A DNA stretch of 25,004 bases from a virus (Duplodnaviria; Caudoviricetes): IMG/VR virus record IMGVR_UViG_3300020179_000166, positions 1 to 25,004 of that record; one strand, given 5' to 3'. Below are positions 23,487 to 25,004 of the stretch, piece after piece. The position numbers and the translations under genes were made by a program. How positions within the stretch are numbered: position 1 is the stretch's first letter; each line of letters begins with the position of its first letter. The notes beneath the pieces are model-generated. The model saw nothing but the letters and a program-made list of their open reading frames with translations. It was not told the origin of the DNA and made no database searches.

Positions 23487-25001
23487 TTATTTCACTCGCC
23501 ATCCAGACCCCTTGGTAAGAGCGGAGGTGGCATCTGTCGGAGCCGTTGCGGCAGCACCGCGCTTGTTTAGTTCCTCCAAAGACGCGCCTCCAAGTTTGTA
23601 GTAGTCTTCCGAGGGCGCCGTCAGGCCAGCCTGGCGATCACGCTCAAGGATGTTCAGCCGCTGGATGGTCTCCTGAGTCTTGCGCCTGAGTTCCTTATAC
23701 TGACGGCGGAACACCTCTTCAGACATATCCTGGTCAAGCGCCACCACTGCATTCTGCAGGAGTTCGATTTCCTTGATCGCCACCTGACCAAGCGAGGTCT
23801 TGGATTCCTTCAGTTTGGCAAGCTCATCAAACGCAGTAGCGGCCTGCACTTGTTTGAGCAGCGAAGACATACTGGCTGCAGGAGTGCCACCCTGGCCTTT
23901 GGTCTTCTGGCCAACAAAACCAACGGATAGCGGACCGATCAAAGGCTCGATGCCATCCAGCGTGAACATCAGGTTCCGCGCCTTTTCCATCCGCGCACGC
24001 TCCGCAGCGAGCTTCTGGGCTTCAGCTTCGCGCATCTCAATGTCCTGCTTACTGCCAGGTATGGGCTTAAATTCCAGCCCCTGGGGAGTTCTTCGGTAAA
24101 CAGGCAGTGGGGCAGGCGCAGGAGCAGGCGCGGGAGCAGCAGCTCGCGGCGGGCCAGCAAACTGGCCAAGAGCAGCCATGGGGCCACCCGGAGCAAGCGC
24201 CTCCATAAATCGGCCAAGTGCCATCGGACCAGCAGGGGCCTCTGCGGCCCGCTGGAAGCGACTAAGCATCGGAGGCACCTCAGAAGGCGTCATTGGGGCC
24301 GGAGCTGGGGCGATAACTGGAGCCAGAGTAGCAGCGCCTTCTCCAACGAGCATCGTTCCGGGTTCACCTTTGAGGAACTCGGCCACTACCTTATTGCTCT
24401 GATCCACGCGGATCACACGATTGCCCAGATCAATCTCGCGAATGTCGGGCTGCATAGGAGCGCGTGCCCCACCCGTCTGCACCGCAACCTGACCATTGGA
24501 TAGAATTTTGGCCCCAAAGTTGACGTTGGGGTAGGCCGCCATCAAAGCCTGGAAATCGCCCATCGACATAATCTGACCAAACTGGCCAGTTTCAGCACGC
24601 AGCTTTTCGATCTGCGCCTCCATCAATCGGCCCTCACGGTTCTCCTTGTAGGTATCCGCCATATTGCCCAGCAGGGCGGCATCGTAAATGTCCGTCTTGC
24701 CACTACTGAAATTCTGCAACGCTTTCTTTAACTCTGGCGGCACTGAATATCTAGGATCATTCGCCAGCACCGAATCCACATAACTTTTGAAGTTTGGATC
24801 TTGAAGCTGGCCTCCAAACTTGCCAACCGCCTGCTTGGTCAGGAACTGGTTCTGCTGATACTGCTTGAACCCGCTGGTGATCGCACTGGAGATGGATTGA
24901 CCGATGTTCTCCATCGCCCGCGCCCGCGCTGCGCTGGCCTGCGACATCCCCTGCGCGATCAGTTGGCCGCTGATATCCTGGATACCTGGATTGTAGGGCA
25001 T
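23487..25001 (-). CDS. probable internal virion / DNA ejection protein
   Basis: 504 aa, Gln/Ala/Gly-rich and helical, with (AP)n linkers and PIPGS and LGQVAIKEIELLQ segments. Confidence 0.6.
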   Translation of the reverse strand: MPYNPGIQDISGQLIAQGMSQASAARARAMENIGQSISSAITSGFKQYQQNQFLTKQAVGKFGGQLQDPNFKSYVDSVLANDPRYSVPPELKKALQNFSSGKTDIYDAALLGNMADTYKENREGRLMEAQIEKLRAETGQFGQIMSMGDFQALMAAYPNVNFGAKILSNGQVAVQTGGARAPMQPDIREIDLGNRVIRVDQSNKVVAEFLKGEPGTMLVGEGAATLAPVIAPAPAPMTPSEVPPMLSRFQRAAEAPAGPMALGRFMEALAPGGPMAALGQFAGPPRAAAPAPAPAPAPLPVYRRTPQGLEFKPIPGSKQDIEMREAEAQKLAAERARMEKARNLMFTLDGIEPLIGPLSVGFVGQKTKGQGGTPAASMSSLLKQVQAATAFDELAKLKESKTSLGQVAIKEIELLQNAVVALDQDMSEEVFRRQYKELRRKTQETIQRLNILERDRQAGLTAPSEDYYKLGGASLEELNKRGAAATAPTDATSALTKGSGWRVK

Positions 25002-25004
25002 GGC

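Noticed and set aside
1-25004. Alternative genetic code, integrase/att site or diversity-generating retroelement
   Set aside because: Core genes are intact in the standard code and all three stop codons are used. No recombinase, RT or TR/VR pair is seen.

Overview
This window is part of a GC-rich tailed-phage genome, most likely podovirus-like (P22-type portal and large low-complexity internal/ejection proteins). No host genes, integrase, tRNA or CRISPR array are visible. The left end (minus strand) holds the packaging/head module: terS, terL, portal, a small post-portal gene, and a scaffold gene that runs off the window edge. A GT2-like glycosyltransferase sits antisense between terS and terL. 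The centre (7.8-11 kb, plus strand) holds small early genes, a Cys-rich Gp88/DUF7227-like protein and an XRE HTH regulator, interleaved with a G-rich repeat tract, two arrays in strict 5-bp register and three copies of a GGCGCA-N5-TGCGCY palindrome. From 11 to 12.4 kb (minus strand) there are small basic conserved phage genes. From 12.5 to 12.9 kb there is a highly structured non-coding block with complementary hairpin loops. From 13 to 19.4 kb (plus strand) a recombination/replication/middle operon carries a PD-(D/E)xK exonuclease, an SSB, a lysozyme-like lipoprotein, an initiator-like protein, an overprinted split RusA-like resolvase and an FkbM methyltransferase. The right end (minus strand) is the end of the late operon: ejection-like proteins, a holin, a metallophosphoesterase stub and a GT60-like GlcNAc transferase. 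The most striking items are the two-frame RusA, the kissing-loop RNA element, the operator/pentamer-array cassette and the glycosylation gene set. All family assignments come from motif recognition by eye, not database searches.
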